This document shows, piece after piece, positions 1 to 11,160 of a stretch of DNA of 49,150 nucleotides (positions are counted from its first letter, which is position 1; every line of letters begins with the position of its first letter). The position numbers and the translations under genes were made by a program. Where the stretch lies: contig NW_021834408.1 of NCBI RefSeq assembly GCF_006345805.1, forward strand, positions 1-49,150. Direction: 5' to 3'. This stretch comes from Octopus sinensis. Lineage: Eukaryota. The notes beneath the pieces were generated by a model, which ran no database searches, had not been told where the DNA came from, and worked only from the letters and a program-made list of their open reading frames with translations.

Positions 1-231
1 GAACCGATCGTGACGATGCTGGACCCTCCGGCCCCTGTGCAGGTGGCACAGAAAAAGTACCCAATCCACTCACGGAGTGTTGGCGTTAGGAAGGGCATCC
101 AGCCGTAGAAACTCTGCCAGATTCAGACTGGAGCCTGAGAGGCCCCTGGCTTCCCAGACCCGGTCGAACCGTCCAACACGTGCTAGCGCGGAAAGCGGAC
201 GTTAAACGATGATGATGATGATGATGATGAT
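1..231 (+). mobile_element. 3' end (3'UTR and GAT tail) of an RTE LINE, duplicate of 25712-25944
   Basis: Nearly identical to 25712-25944, the 3' end of the near-intact LINE; ends ggacgttaaac(gat)n then (TA)n. Confidence 0.9.
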
Positions 232-420
<189 letters not shown>

Positions 421-775
421 GTGGAAGCACAATGGCCCACTGGTTAGGGCATCAGACTCACGGTCAGAGGATCATGGTTTCAGTTCCCACACAAGGTGTT
501 GTGAGTGTTTATTGAGCAGAAACACCTAAAGCCCCATGAGGCTCTGGCAGGGGGTAGTGGTGAACCCTGCTGTGTTACATTCACTCACTCTTTCTTCTTG
601 TTTCTGTTCTATCTGTATATGAAGGGGCCAAACCTGTCACACTGAATCTCCCCGAGAACTACATTACAGGTACACATGCCTGTGGAGCATTCAGCCACTT
701 GCACGTTCATTTCATGAGCAGGCTGTTCCGTTGATCAGATCAGCTGGAACCCTCATTGTCGTGACTGAGTGAGTA
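421..775 (+). mobile_element. tRNA-derived SINE (copy also at 26141-26495)
   Basis: Head tggcccactggttagggc (A-box-like) and ggtttcagttccc (B-box-like), followed by a body starting gtgtttattgagcagaaacacc; flanked by TA/CA repeats. Confidence 0.7.
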
Positions 776-1161
776 TATACATATATATATCCACACATAT
801 ACACACACACACACACACACCATATATATTCAAGTAATAATCAATCTCATGTAAAAATCAACCCTCTCCTTTTGGCCTAAAAATTAGGAATTATCCATTG
901 ACCCCGTATAAAGGTCAACTCTTGTATTTCTCAAAGAACAAGACAGCCTCTGTGGGTCAAGATACCGTATTATCTTCTACATAGAAATGACACTGTTACA
1001 AAATTGTGTGGCTACCTAACTGTAGGAATGGTGGAATGCTTGGTGCTTATAGTAAAATACCATTTAATAGGGAACACTTCACATCTGTTGAGGGATTGCG
1101 ATTGAATGAGTGCGACAGAAAGAAAAGAAGTGATAGAGAGATACTGAGCGTGTAAGTGTGA

Positions 1162-1201
<40 letters not shown>

Positions 1202-1629
1202 CAGACAGCAACAGAGAGTTGCCAGTTGTAAAATGCGGATGAATCTCCCACTTGAGGTAAGAAAAAAAGGTGGCAGGCAGGGGTCTTCAAAGGGAACAGT
1301 AATTTACTCATTAATTACTTCATACTGAAACCAATTACTTCATATTAGCAGTAATTATTTTCATTTCGAGTCTATCTATCTATGCATGTGTGTGTGTGTA
1401 GGTATATAATTATGTATGTATGTCTGTATCTAAAAATGTTTTATTGCTTAAGAAAAGCTCAAAATGCTTAAATAAGTGATGACCATTAGGGGCGATATCA
1501 GGGCAATAGGCACTGTGAAGAGGTTTTTAAAGGATCTTTCCATAGACACAACATTGCATTCTCAGATAAATTCTTTCATTTTTTTCCCCCATTTATTCTA
1601 ATCCATATTTTTTCATCATAATTTTTACC

Positions 1630-2060
1630 AAATCAGTCAATAAAATATTCTCCTTCATTGATCACAACTCTTACCAATATTTTGTTAGCTTCTCAATGCC
1701 CTGACGGTAGAAATTTCCTGGTCTTGCAATCGAAGAATTCATCGAGCCATGTTTTCAACTTCATGGCCGAGTTGAACGAAACGCCTTGCAGACTGTTGGA
1801 GAGCGACAATGGGGTAAAGAAATCTCGGCCTGTGTCCACGGGTAGCCTGGAGTGTGTCTCTTTTGTTCAGACCGTATGGTACCCATGCAACAAGATTTAG
1901 GACCTTACCCATCGAGTGCAGGTGATTCGCGACGGTACTATGAGAACCTCCCATCTGCTGGTTCAATTCCCTAAAGAACTGGCATGAATCCTCATGGATG
2001 CGCTCCTTCTATCGATCCTCTTTGACACTCCAACCTCATTTTCCTGATAGGTGGTCAAGT
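1630..2060 (-). mobile_element. Internally deleted mariner transposase remnant (copies at 13950-14148, C-terminal part only, and 27335-27765)
   Basis: Minus-strand peptides STVANHLHSMGKVLNLVAWVPYGL (HTH and WVPHEL-like motif) and LSLSNSLQGVSFNSAMKLKTWLDEFF...EGEYFID (mariner C-terminus); the catalytic core between them is missing. Confidence 0.8.
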
Positions 2061-2348
2061 TTATTGAACTCTCAAAATGACAAACATAAACTGAAGAGAA
2101 AAATAGACATACTAAACACTCATAAAAGTCTGGATAAATATATTTTGAGGAGAATTGAAATAATGTTGGAAAATAAGAAACAAATTAATCCGAATAATAC
2201 ACACGCAGGCACGCTTGCTTTTGTGTGTGTGTGTGTGTGTGTGAACGTGTGTATATACCAATTGGAAAGATTTTATAGAAAATAAGCAAAACTAGGGACA
2301 AATAAAAAGAGAAGTACAGCAAAGAAAGCCCTTGCTAAACGTAGAAAC

Positions 2349-2859
2349 TGTGTCGTCCCTCAGTTGCTTAACTTCACATCTGAGAAGTCATCTTCATGAA
2401 ACTGGCTGTAAGATCATTCTAGCAAACATGCTCATGTGTCATATTCTTTTCTACTCTAGGCACAAGGCCCGAAATCTTTGGGGAGGGGGGCTAGTCGATT
2501 AGATCGACCCCAGTATGCAACTGGTACTTAATTTATAGATCCCGAAAGAATGAAAGGCAATGTCGACCTTGGCATTATTTGAACTCAGAACGTAAAGACG
2601 AAATACCCCTAAGCATTTCCCCTGGTGTGCTAACGTTTCTGCCAGCTCACCGCCTTTCATGTGTCATATTTGTAATAAGACATTTAAGTCCTGCCTTGGT
2701 CTAAAAAGGCATTTAAATATCCATAAATCAGACAAGACAAACAACACTGTACCATTTGATGTGAAACTTATTTGCATTGTTTGTGATGCAAATTTCAAAC
2801 AGTTTTTGGGATTGAAAAGCCACTTAGGGGCTCATGCTTCATCTTGGGGTGATATTTGA
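2349..2859 (+). pseudogene. C2H2 zinc-finger array split by a SINE; probably the C-terminus of an RTE-type LINE ORF (copy at ~28055-28566)
   Basis: CHICNKTFKSCLGLKRHLNIH and CIVCDANFKQFLGLKSHLGAH fingers. Removing the SINE and one TSD puts the upstream LSCLTSHLRSH in frame. The GLxSHLRxH signature is typical of RTE C-terminal fingers. Confidence 0.65.
2446..2656 (-). mobile_element. SINE (gagctggcagaaacgttagcac family) with 14-bp TSD (copy at 28151-28361)
   Basis: Exact flanking direct repeat tcatgtgtcatatt at 2432-2445 and 2657-2670; same family as the array at 42100-43165. Confidence 0.85.
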
Positions 2860-2904
2860 CAGTTTGCACAAACGGAAATGAAAGGACCATGTCCTATCCA
2901 AAAG

Positions 2905-4058
2905 TAAAAGTATTTTTAAATAATTGAAAAATCAACCATGTTACGGTCGGGATAAAAGAGTTTAATCAAAGTAGCCACCCTCAACTGCCACCAGGGCCTC
3001 AAGGTGTCTCTGGAACCTAGCCCTTGTGTTCCTCGTTGAGTTCCTCAGATGATCTTCGAAGGCCTTCTTCATCTTGGCCATCAGCTCAGACTTTGTGCTG
3101 CAGAGAGAGCGGTTCATGTTTCTTCCCAACTGCGCCACACACATAATAATCCATGGATTTGCAATCAGGGGGTTAGAAATTAAGAAATGGGGGCTGGTGA
3201 AGTCAAAGAATTCTTCCGACAACCACTTTTGATTATTTCTGGAAGTATGGAGACATAGTAATCCTGCAGCCACACATATGGCATTCCAGCAGAAATTTCT
3301 CCAGCCAGGGTTTCAATAGAGTCTCCACATAACCGTCTGAATTGACCCAAAAGTCCTGAGGGGTAGCACGATGTCACCCTCACTCAAGATACACTCAAAG
3401 ACAGTCACTGTTTTGGGCAACTTTGTTTTTCATGATACACAGCACATCACGTGGATTTGTTTTCTTACAACTGTGAATAACCAGACAATTCTTGGTTCAA
3501 CAGGATGCCTTACCTTGTTCAGGAGATCTTTTGGCCTTGGTCAGGAGGTCCTCCTTGAACTTGGCTATCAGAATTTGTCCTTTGCTACCACTCGTGTAGT
3601 GGTAGCACAGGTCCTTCTTCAGGATCAGCTTCACAGTGTCAACTCTGACACCCATCAAGCTCACCAAAGCCCACATTCCTTTGTTTGGGTCTTACATCCC
3701 CTTCCCCTGCCATTATGGGATGAACCTTGGCATTCAGATCCAGTCAGGACCCCTGATGTACCCTTTCCTTCTGGCCATGGTGTCGTAGTCTCCATTGCAG
3801 TTCTCCATGTCACATGCTACAGCCTTAAAAATGTTCACAAAGCATTGAGCACCAGTCAGGATGTTGGCATTTGGGTACCTGGGTTGAGTCATCATGATAC
3901 AGGTAACTCGTTTCTAATATGCAGATGCCTGCCACACCTCCATCTCAGCTAACTTTGTTTTTCTCAACGAATCCTTTCACTGATCGCCAACATATCAAGT
4001 GGTTCCTTAAGAAACAAGACATAGCAGATCGTCAAATATGACCTAGACATCCAGGTAC
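2905..4058 (-). mobile_element. Degenerate Tc1/mariner-superfamily transposon, DD37D (maT) type (copy at ~28615-29761)
   Basis: Minus-strand motifs YVWQQD, PPDCxxxDYYVCGAV and C-terminal LEALVAVEGGYFD. Repairing one frameshift in the unit C copy gives 37 residues between QQD and the final D. Element ends are approximate. Confidence 0.75.
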
Positions 4059-4063
4059 TTGTA

Positions 4064-4395
4064 TATACAAACATTCTCGGCTGTACATGCATAGTGTATA
4101 TATTATCTTTATACACACATTTATCACGGAATAGCATTGAGGGAAATCTCCCTACGCGACCCCGAGTGTTAAAGAACACTGAAGGTCTCCGAACAGGCCA
4201 GACAACTGTCCCCTACATGAGCTAGAATGGTAGATATCGATATTTCCCCATTATTGTAGTTCCCGGGTACCATGCATTCAGTGTTCTTTAACACCTGTCG
4301 TTATGTAGGGAGTCTCCCCAGAATGCTATCCCGCAACAAACTGGCGGATAAACAAAACACATACACTATCAATATGCGACCGATAAAGTGTGTGT
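4064..4395. mobile_element. Degenerate inverted-repeat element (MITE-like), arms ~120 bp, spacer ~93 bp (copy at ~29768-30095)
   Basis: gtgttaaagaacactgaa (4166-4183) is the exact reverse complement of ttcagtgttctttaacac (4277-4294). ORFs 3964-4179(-) and 4272-4460(+) translate to similar peptides. Confidence 0.7.
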
Positions 4396-4764
4396 GTGTG
4401 TGTGTGTGTGTGTGTATTTACTACACAAGAATTCACTATAAAGGAAATATCAAGTGTTGAACATTTTCAGTGAGTTGATAGATACAGAGAGAGGGAGATG
4501 TATGATTCTACACGCATAAATGCATATATGTATATATGCGTACACACATAAATGAGTGTATGTAGAAGAGGTATGCATACACATGTGTGTATATATATAC
4601 AAATATAAATATTATTGAAAACAATTTTATTGCTCAGCAAGAATAAAGCACCATAAAAGGTAGAATTATAAATATAGAAAGCAGGCGTACACGAAGTACG
4701 ATCATTGCTAGAAATAGCAGCCGGTAAGCTATTGGCGATATGTAGAGCATCACTGAATGTTTAC

Positions 4765-5445
4765 AGGCAGAGCCGCTAAGTTATGGGGATATAAACAAAC
4801 CAACTTCGGCTATCAAGCGCTGGTCGGAAGACAAACACAGACACACACACAAATATAAACGCGTGTGTGTGTCTGAGTTTGTCCACTCATCAGCGCTTAA
4901 GAACAGGAGTCGGTGTATTGATGTCTGCATAACTCAGCGGTTCGGCAAAGCAACTGATAGAATACTTACCTGCGTGGGGGGGGGGGTCGAATTGTTTGAC
5001 AAAAACGCTTCAAGGTGAAGCCCCAGCATAGCCGCAGTCAAATGACTGAAACAAGTAAAAGAATACATGTGTATATCTGTATAGATTGCTTCCCAACTGT
5101 GTGGTTCTAGGTTCAATCCCACTGCATGGCACCTTGGGTAAGTGTCTTGTACCATAGCCTCGGGCCAACCAAAGCCTTCTGAGTGGATTTGGTAGACGGA
5201 ATTTGAACTCAGAATGTGAAGGCAAACGAAATACTGCTAATCATTTCTCCCGGTGTGCTAGCGATTCTGCCGGGGCAAGCTTGGAGAGTCGTGAGCAAAT
5301 CGGACAAGATGCTTAGCGCCATTCCGTCCATCTTTGCACTCTCAGTTCACATTCTGCCAAAGTTGACATTGCTTTTAATTCTTTCAGGGTCGATAAAGAA
5401 AGTAGCAGTGAGGCAGCAGGGTCAATGAAGTCGACCTACCCCACT
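4765..5445. mobile_element. Cluster of SINE fragments in both orientations, including a head-to-head pair at ~5198-5440 (copy at ~30465-31150)
   Basis: Pieces match the full SINEs at 41441-41850 and 2446-2656. Confidence 0.7.
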
Positions 5446-5476
5446 AAAATATATATAAATATACATATATATATAC

Positions 5477-5864
5477 TGTGAGGTATATATGCCACTTAAA
5501 TGTGGCTAACCCTTAAGGGTTGATGCCACTGTAGCTTGTAGCCCCAGGACGACATCTCCTCCAGCTGGCTATTGACACACTTTCTGTGCCCTATCAGTAT
5601 TTGCAAAGGGAAGGCCATCCTTCTCTCCAGTCTGACATTATACACATGGACCGGAGTTTCTGGACAGGTCAATGTCCAGAAACTCGGGTCCGTGTGTATC
5701 ATGTCAGGTTGAAGATGGGAAGGATGGCGTCCCTTTGCAAATACTGATAGGACACATAAAGTTTGTCAATAGCAGGCTGGAGGAGATGTATTCCTGGGGC
5801 TACAAGCTACAGTAGCATCAACCCTTAAGGGTTAGCTACATTTAGATGGCAAGTATTCTTCACA
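5477..5864. mobile_element. ~388-bp near-perfect palindromic (foldback/MITE-like) element
   Basis: Arms pair from tgtgag...(5477) to ...cttcaca (5864) around a 6-nt loop ggtcaa (5667-5672); nested 14-bp palindrome aacccttaagggtt in each arm. Confidence 0.85.
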
Positions 5865-5984
5865 ATGTTGTGCAGTTACAGTTCATACCTCGCTCAGAGA
5901 TTTATGATATATATATATATATATCCCTCTCTCTCTTTCGGAGAGGCACTGAGCAGCTATACGCACACGTACATCCACGGCAGT

Positions 5985-6116
5985 AACTCCCGCCTACCGA
6001 ATTCAATCACAAAGCTTCGGTCAGCTCGGGGCCATAGTGGAAGACACCTACCCAATGTACCACGCAGTGGGACTGAACCCGAAACCATGTAGCTAGGAAG
6101 CAAGCTCCCTAACCAC
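5985..6116 (-). mobile_element. 5' part of a tRNA-derived SINE (copies at ~14605-14740 and ~31688-31818)
   Basis: Reverse complement of ggttcagtcccactgcgtgg...tgtcttc, as in 41441-41600. Confidence 0.75.
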
Positions 6117-6607
6117 TGTGAGCACATAACAAACCCATCCGATCGTGGCCGTTTGCCAGCCTCATCTGGCACTGTGTCGTGGCACATAAAACAACCATCC
6201 AAGCGTGGCCGTCTGCCAGCCTCGTCGGCACCTGTGTCGGGCACATAAAAAAACACCATCCGAGCGTGGCCGTTTGCCAGCCTCGTCTGGCACCTGTGTC
6301 GGTGGCAAAAAAAAACACCATCCGAGCGTGGCCGTCTGCCAGCCTCGTCTGGCACCTGTGTCGGTGGCACATAAAAAAACACCATCGAGCCTGGCCGTTT
6401 GCCAGCCTCGTCTGGCACCTGTGTCGGTGGCACATAAAATCACCCACTACACTCTCGGAGTGGTTGGCGTTAGGAAGGGCCAGCTGTAGAAACACTGCCA
6501 GATTTGACTGGACTGGTGCAGCTTTCGGGCTCCCCAACCCAGTTGAACCGTCCAACCCATGCTAGCATGGAAAGCGGACGTTAAATGATGATGATGATGA
6601 TGATGAT
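6117..6607 (+). mobile_element. 5'-truncated RTE insertion (3'UTR with ~5 x 60-bp tandem repeats and GAT tail), present only in unit A
   Basis: Shares the ggagtggttggcgttaggaagggc...gaaccgtccaacccatgctagcatggaaagcggacgttaaat(gat)n tail with the LINE 3' end; absent at the orthologous sites 14740 and 31818. Confidence 0.85.
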
Positions 6608-6664
6608 ATATATATATATATATGTATATATAGATATATATATATATATTTATATATATATATG

Positions 6665-6698
<34 letters not shown>

Positions 6699-7082
6699 AG
6701 TGAAAGAGAGACACAGAGAGAGAAGGACAGAAAGAGACTACTAGCTAGATGGATGTGTAGGCAAGGGCGTGTGTGCAATGCAGTGGTGTTGGCAGTTGAG
6801 GTGAAAGAGATAATGGCAAGGAGTCATTGTTTCCTCTGATATTGCAATCTCTTATTTCTTTGGCAAATCTCAAAGTTGAAGAGAATTTCACAATAAATGA
6901 TGGCAGGTGGCAGGGAGGAGGGTCTGCAAACAGGATAAGAGCTGATAGGGGTGCAATATCACAGAAGATATATAAAGAGGAGTTGGGGGTAGGTAAGGGG
7001 GCGTTAATGGGTGTACGGTGTGTGTATACAAGAGCAACAGCTATGATAACTGTGTATGTTTGTGTGTAGTATCACTATGTAA

Positions 7083-7418
7083 AGCCACATGGTTCTGGGT
7101 TCAGTCCCATTGCGTGGCACCTTGGGCTATTGTCATCGACTACAGCCACAGGCTGAGAAAAACCTTGTGAGAGGATAGGGTAAACGGAAACTGAAAGAAG
7201 CCCATCATCTCCAAGTGTGTGTTTGTCTCTCCCCTCCCACTGCTTGACAACCAGTGTTGGTGTGTTCATGTTGCTGTAACTTAGCGACTTGGCAAAACGA
7301 GATCGACAGAATAGGTTCTAGTCTTAAAACCTAATAAGTACAGGAGTTGATTCACTTGACTAAATGTCATCAGGTCATTGCTCCATCATGGGCGTAGTTT
7401 AATGACTGAAACTAGTAT
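7083..7418 (+). mobile_element. Degenerate tRNA-derived SINE (copies at 15192-15527 and 32275-32607)
   Basis: ccacatggttctgggttcagtccc...ccttgggc...aactgaaagaagccc...cttgacaacc...aatgactgaaac, as in 41441-41850. Confidence 0.8.
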
Positions 7419-7599
7419 AGTACACACACACACACATAAACTGGAAACAAGCTATGTTAGATGATGATTATGATACATACATACATATGTACGGACGTAT
7501 GTCTAATATGTATGTATCAATTTAAAAACTGAAATACATTTTGGCCAAAGACTAGCCCCAACCATGTCTGACTTAATAGCATCCCCATAGGATCTATTA

Positions 7600-8050
7600 A
7601 ATCGTTTTCAAGTCATATTTGGTGGTATTGAGCCCCATTCACGTAGGGAGTTGTTGAGTGAGAAGTACCCAGGTATTGGGGGTTTCTCTGGTATCCCCTG
7701 AGGAATTTGTCCAGGTTTCATTTAAAGGGAATGGGATAGTATTTTTTTTTCTTTGATTTGTTTTTGGATAACATTATATGGAATAGGGTCTGTTGAGGAA
7801 AAGAATTATATTGCTGTGGATTTATGTGGTGTGATCCTGAATTGTGTAGGGGCCATGTGACAGGTGGCCACCGTAGCCCTGGATGTATTCTGAATCAAAT
7901 ATTAACGTTGTTTCAGCAATGCTGGTCATGTATTCGCCACATCGTGCAAGATGGCTCTGGAGAGAATAAAGTTTCAATGCTTTAATGTGGTCCCAATAAT
8001 CAAGACGAGTCATACTTTGTATATCTTTAATGATTGCTCTCTGGAGTGAC
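7600..8050 (-). mobile_element. 3' fragment of a CR1/Jockey-group LINE (copies at ~15705-16160 and ~32795-33250)
   Basis: Minus-strand peptide LDYWDHIKALKLYSLQ resembles the LxYWDRLxxLxLYSLQRRR C-terminal motif of these LINEs. Confidence 0.6.
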
Positions 8051-8229
8051 TCATTTCTCTTAATGTTTTGTGTGGTGTGGGGCAGGGGTGGGGGACCGTA
8101 GGGGGAAGCATCATTTTAGGTGTGGCTGCTCAAAAGAGGAGAGTGGGGAAACAATTGCATCTTGCTCTCCGGACTGGTAAGTTCCGAGGATCCAGGAGCT
8201 CGTCCTGCAAGCTATATTGACTTCATTGT

Positions 8230-8675
8230 TGATGCATAGCAAGCATAAGACCGCTGCCCCACCCGTAGGTCCATTGAGAGACAATAACAGGATTCTCCAC
8301 CACAACGCTAAAGACATGGCTCAAGTACTACAGAAACAATACTGTCCTGCCTTTAGCGATCCCACTGATATTGATGCAAGGGATGTGAACGAGGTCAACC
8401 CTCAGCTTATTATCTCTACCATAACTGTCTCACACACTGAAGCAGCAAAGAAGACCAAACTGAACACGTGCAGTTTGCAAAAGAGAATGCCCTCAGCCGA
8501 CCATATTCTCTTCCATCAGAGGAACTACTCACAGCATCCAAAGTAGAGACTTAGGAGTAGCTGTTGGAAACAGTCTCGACTGGAGTGTTCTCATCAACAC
8601 TAAAGTCAATATGGTTCACAGAATGAGCTCCTCGATCCTTAGAACCTGCCAGTCCAAGGTGCCAAAATGTCATCA
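8230..8675 (+). mobile_element. Internally deleted CR1/L2-group LINE ORF2 fragment (copies at ~16340-16785 and ~33430-33875)
   Basis: Peptides VGPLRDNNRILHHNAKDMAQVLQKQYCPAFSDP (EN-RT linker-like) and SRDLGVAVENSLSWSVLINTKVNMVHRMSSSILRT (RT thumb DLGV motif). Confidence 0.6.
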
Positions 8676-8679
8676 GAGA

Positions 8680-9590
8680 CCATTTCCTCCCACCTGTCCA
8701 CCTTACATGACCATGCCAGCGCAGTCATCTATCTTGTACACCACATCCGATGTCTCCAATTTTCTCAGCACATTTCTTTGTCCTAAAAGCACCCTGGTAT
8801 TGCACATCCAGTGGAGCATGCTAGTTTCTTCTCTTTCTATATCTTCTGATTCAAACGCCTAACATTCACAACTGTGTAGCTTTGCTGTTTGTATATAGGC
8901 ATCGTACAACCTACCTTTCACTCTGGGAGAAAAGCCTTTCATTACCAACTTACATAAAAGTTCTCTAAGCTTTCTCCACTCACATCTTATTCCAGTAACT
9001 ATCCTTTCAGTCTATCCTCCTCCACTGTTAATTAGCTCACCTAGATAACAGAATCTGCCTACTATTTCTAGGGAGCCTCCTACGTAATCCACAACATCTA
9101 TTTCCCATGTTCTCTTATTACATATTGCTCCTGCACATCTGCCACAAAAAAACTTCTGTTCTCTCTCTCTTTACATTCCGATCATACCCATACACCTCTT
9201 GTGTGTCCATGGTTTGCACTGAGGACATTGTAAGCAATTTCTGCCTACACCTTGTCTATACATGGAACAGGGTCATTTACCCAAATGGATTACTGCCCTA
9301 TTTTTCTGCTAACTTGAACTTGGGTCTTTGCCAACTTAACTTTAAGACCCTTTCATTCTGGTTTTGTTTTCACATTTGGAATTCTCAAATTAATTCTCCT
9401 AAGTTTCAGCTGTAAGAACAAGATCTTCATCATAGAGGAGTTCCCATGGGTAACCAGTCTTAAATTCCTCCGTTATGGCCTTGACGACTATGAAAAATAA
9501 GAGAGGTCTCATGACTGACCCATGATTGAACTCCCACTCTCACACTAAATTCATCTTGCTGAACTCATTGTTAACTGTCTTCTTCATTAA
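8680..9590 (-). mobile_element. Degenerate RTE LINE fragment, RT to C-terminus (copies at ~16785-17700 and ~33875-34770)
   Basis: Minus-strand PGSVMGPLLFYIVVKAITEEFKTGYPWELLYDEDLVL is homologous to QGSALSPLLFIIVLQAITEEFKTGCPWELLYADDL of the intact element. Confidence 0.85.
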
Positions 9591-9754
9591 CTGGGCTACG
9601 GCTCTTGCAGGGACATTTATAACCTGGTCCAGTAATTTAATACACACAAGTATACACATACATACGTATATTTGTACATATACCTACACATTTACATATA
9701 TACATACATACATACATACATATATACATATATATATATGTTTACATATATATG

Positions 9755-11145
9755 TGCCAAATCTGCAGCTGGTGCAAAGTCCCATCCAGACCTAGGGTTA
9801 CATGGTAGAGGAACAATGCTGTTGACAAGGCCATTAGAGCAAAGAAGATTGGGGGTAGGAGGAAACCGTATCAGATAACCAGAAGGAAAGCTAGGGGACA
9901 GGTCTATCTAGCCAAGAGAGAAGCAGAAAAGAAGTTTCCCTATGTTTAGCGACATGAGAACCAGAGTCTTGAAGTGTTTTCGAATGCAAGACAGTGTATG
10001 AGAGAGATTTGTGATGTCATAAGAGAGAAATATGTCCACATGGATGATGGTTCACTAGTATTTAATGATTTGGCAAGGAAAGAGGCTTAGAAATTCCATT
10101 ATGAAAGACTGCTGGACGTGGAGAATGAATGGGAGGAGAGTCTGCCAAATGTTGACCCAACTGAGGGACCAGCTATCCAAAGCGACAGTATCTTGATAGA
10201 TAAAGCAATTAAGATATGTAAACGGGAAAGGCCCCGGCCCATCAGGAATCACTGCTGAGATCCTTAAAATATCTTGGCGTGTGTGGGTAATGGTCTACTC
10301 ACTCATATCAAGTTGTTCACAAAGGAGTCATACCCAATGACTGGTGTAGCAGCACCATAGTGAACTGCTACAAATGGGAAGGTGATGCTTTAGATAGGAA
10401 TAATTGCTGAGGTATCAAATTGTTGAATCAAATGATGTAAGTTGCAGAGAGGGTCCTAACCAAACTAATTAGGGAGAGAGTTAGTCTAGAAGAGATGCAC
10501 TTTGGTTTTGTGGTGCCAGGGAGAAGCACCACTGATGCTATATTTCTGGAAGGGCAGCTTCAGGAGTGTTATGGAGAGTTCTAGCATCTAAATCTGTCCA
10601 ATAGAATATTCTAGAGAGTTCTACAACTATCCATTCGATTCTATTGGACAGATTTAGATGCTAGTGATCTCCACAACAAAGAGAAATATGTAACCAAAAA
10701 TAAACCTCTGTACATGGCTTTTGTTGACTTGGAGAAAGCATTTGACAGGGGCCCCCGATCCCTTATCTGGTCGTCAATGCTGAAACTAGGGTTAGACGAG
10801 TTGTTGGTGAGCCGTTCAAGCAGTGCACAGGGACACAATCAGTAAGGTGATCGTTGGCAAGGAGTACAGTGAAGAATTCAGGGTATAAGTAGGTATTCAC
10901 CAAGGATCGGTTCCCAGCACCCTCTTGTTCATCATAGTTCTCCAGGCATATACAGAGGAATGTACGACAGACTGCGCCTGGGAGCTCCTCTAAGCTGATG
11001 TCTTTGCTATAATAGATGAATCACTTCCAGAACTAGAGAAAAAGTATCAGGTATGGAAGCAAGGTCTAGAATAGAAGGGCCCTAGAGTTAACCTAGAAAA
11101 ATCTTAGTAAATAGAAGTCAGACCAATCACGAATCCTTTCACGTA
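9755..11145 (+). mobile_element. Degenerate internal RTE LINE fragment with stops (copies at ~17868-19260 and ~34944-36335)
   Basis: Colinear with 23470-24780 (ggtgcaaagtccc, gaatgaatgggaggag, cccaatgactggtg, gacttggagaaagc, ctgggagctcctc). Confidence 0.9.
10567..10678. mobile_element. 112-bp MITE with TGTT...AACA ends, ~42-bp TIRs and 5-bp TSD (copies at 18682-18793 and 35759-35870)
   Basis: ctagcatctaaatctgtccaatagaat pairs with attctattggacagatttagatgctag. Flanks are aggag / aagag. Excision restores cagcttcaggagaaatatgta, homologous to caactgcaggagaagtaccta in the intact RT. Confidence 0.85.
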
Positions 11146-11160
11146 CATGCATATATATAT

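Noticed and set aside
830-1020. Possible DNA-transposon end (gaccccgtataaaggtcaac)
   Set aside because: No matching second TIR or TSD found; too degenerate to call
2659-2859. Functional host C2H2 zinc-finger gene
   Set aside because: The ATG derives from a SINE TSD, there are no TGEKP linkers, the unit C copy is frameshifted, and the motif style fits LINE C-termini
3371-3952. 193-aa plus-strand ORF
   Set aside because: It is the antisense frame of the degenerate maT transposase and is broken in unit C
6131-6440. CRISPR-like regular ~60-bp repeats (also 12667-12905 and 21829-21998)
   Set aside because: Whole units repeat with no unique spacers, there are no cas genes, and they lie in LINE UTRs of a eukaryote
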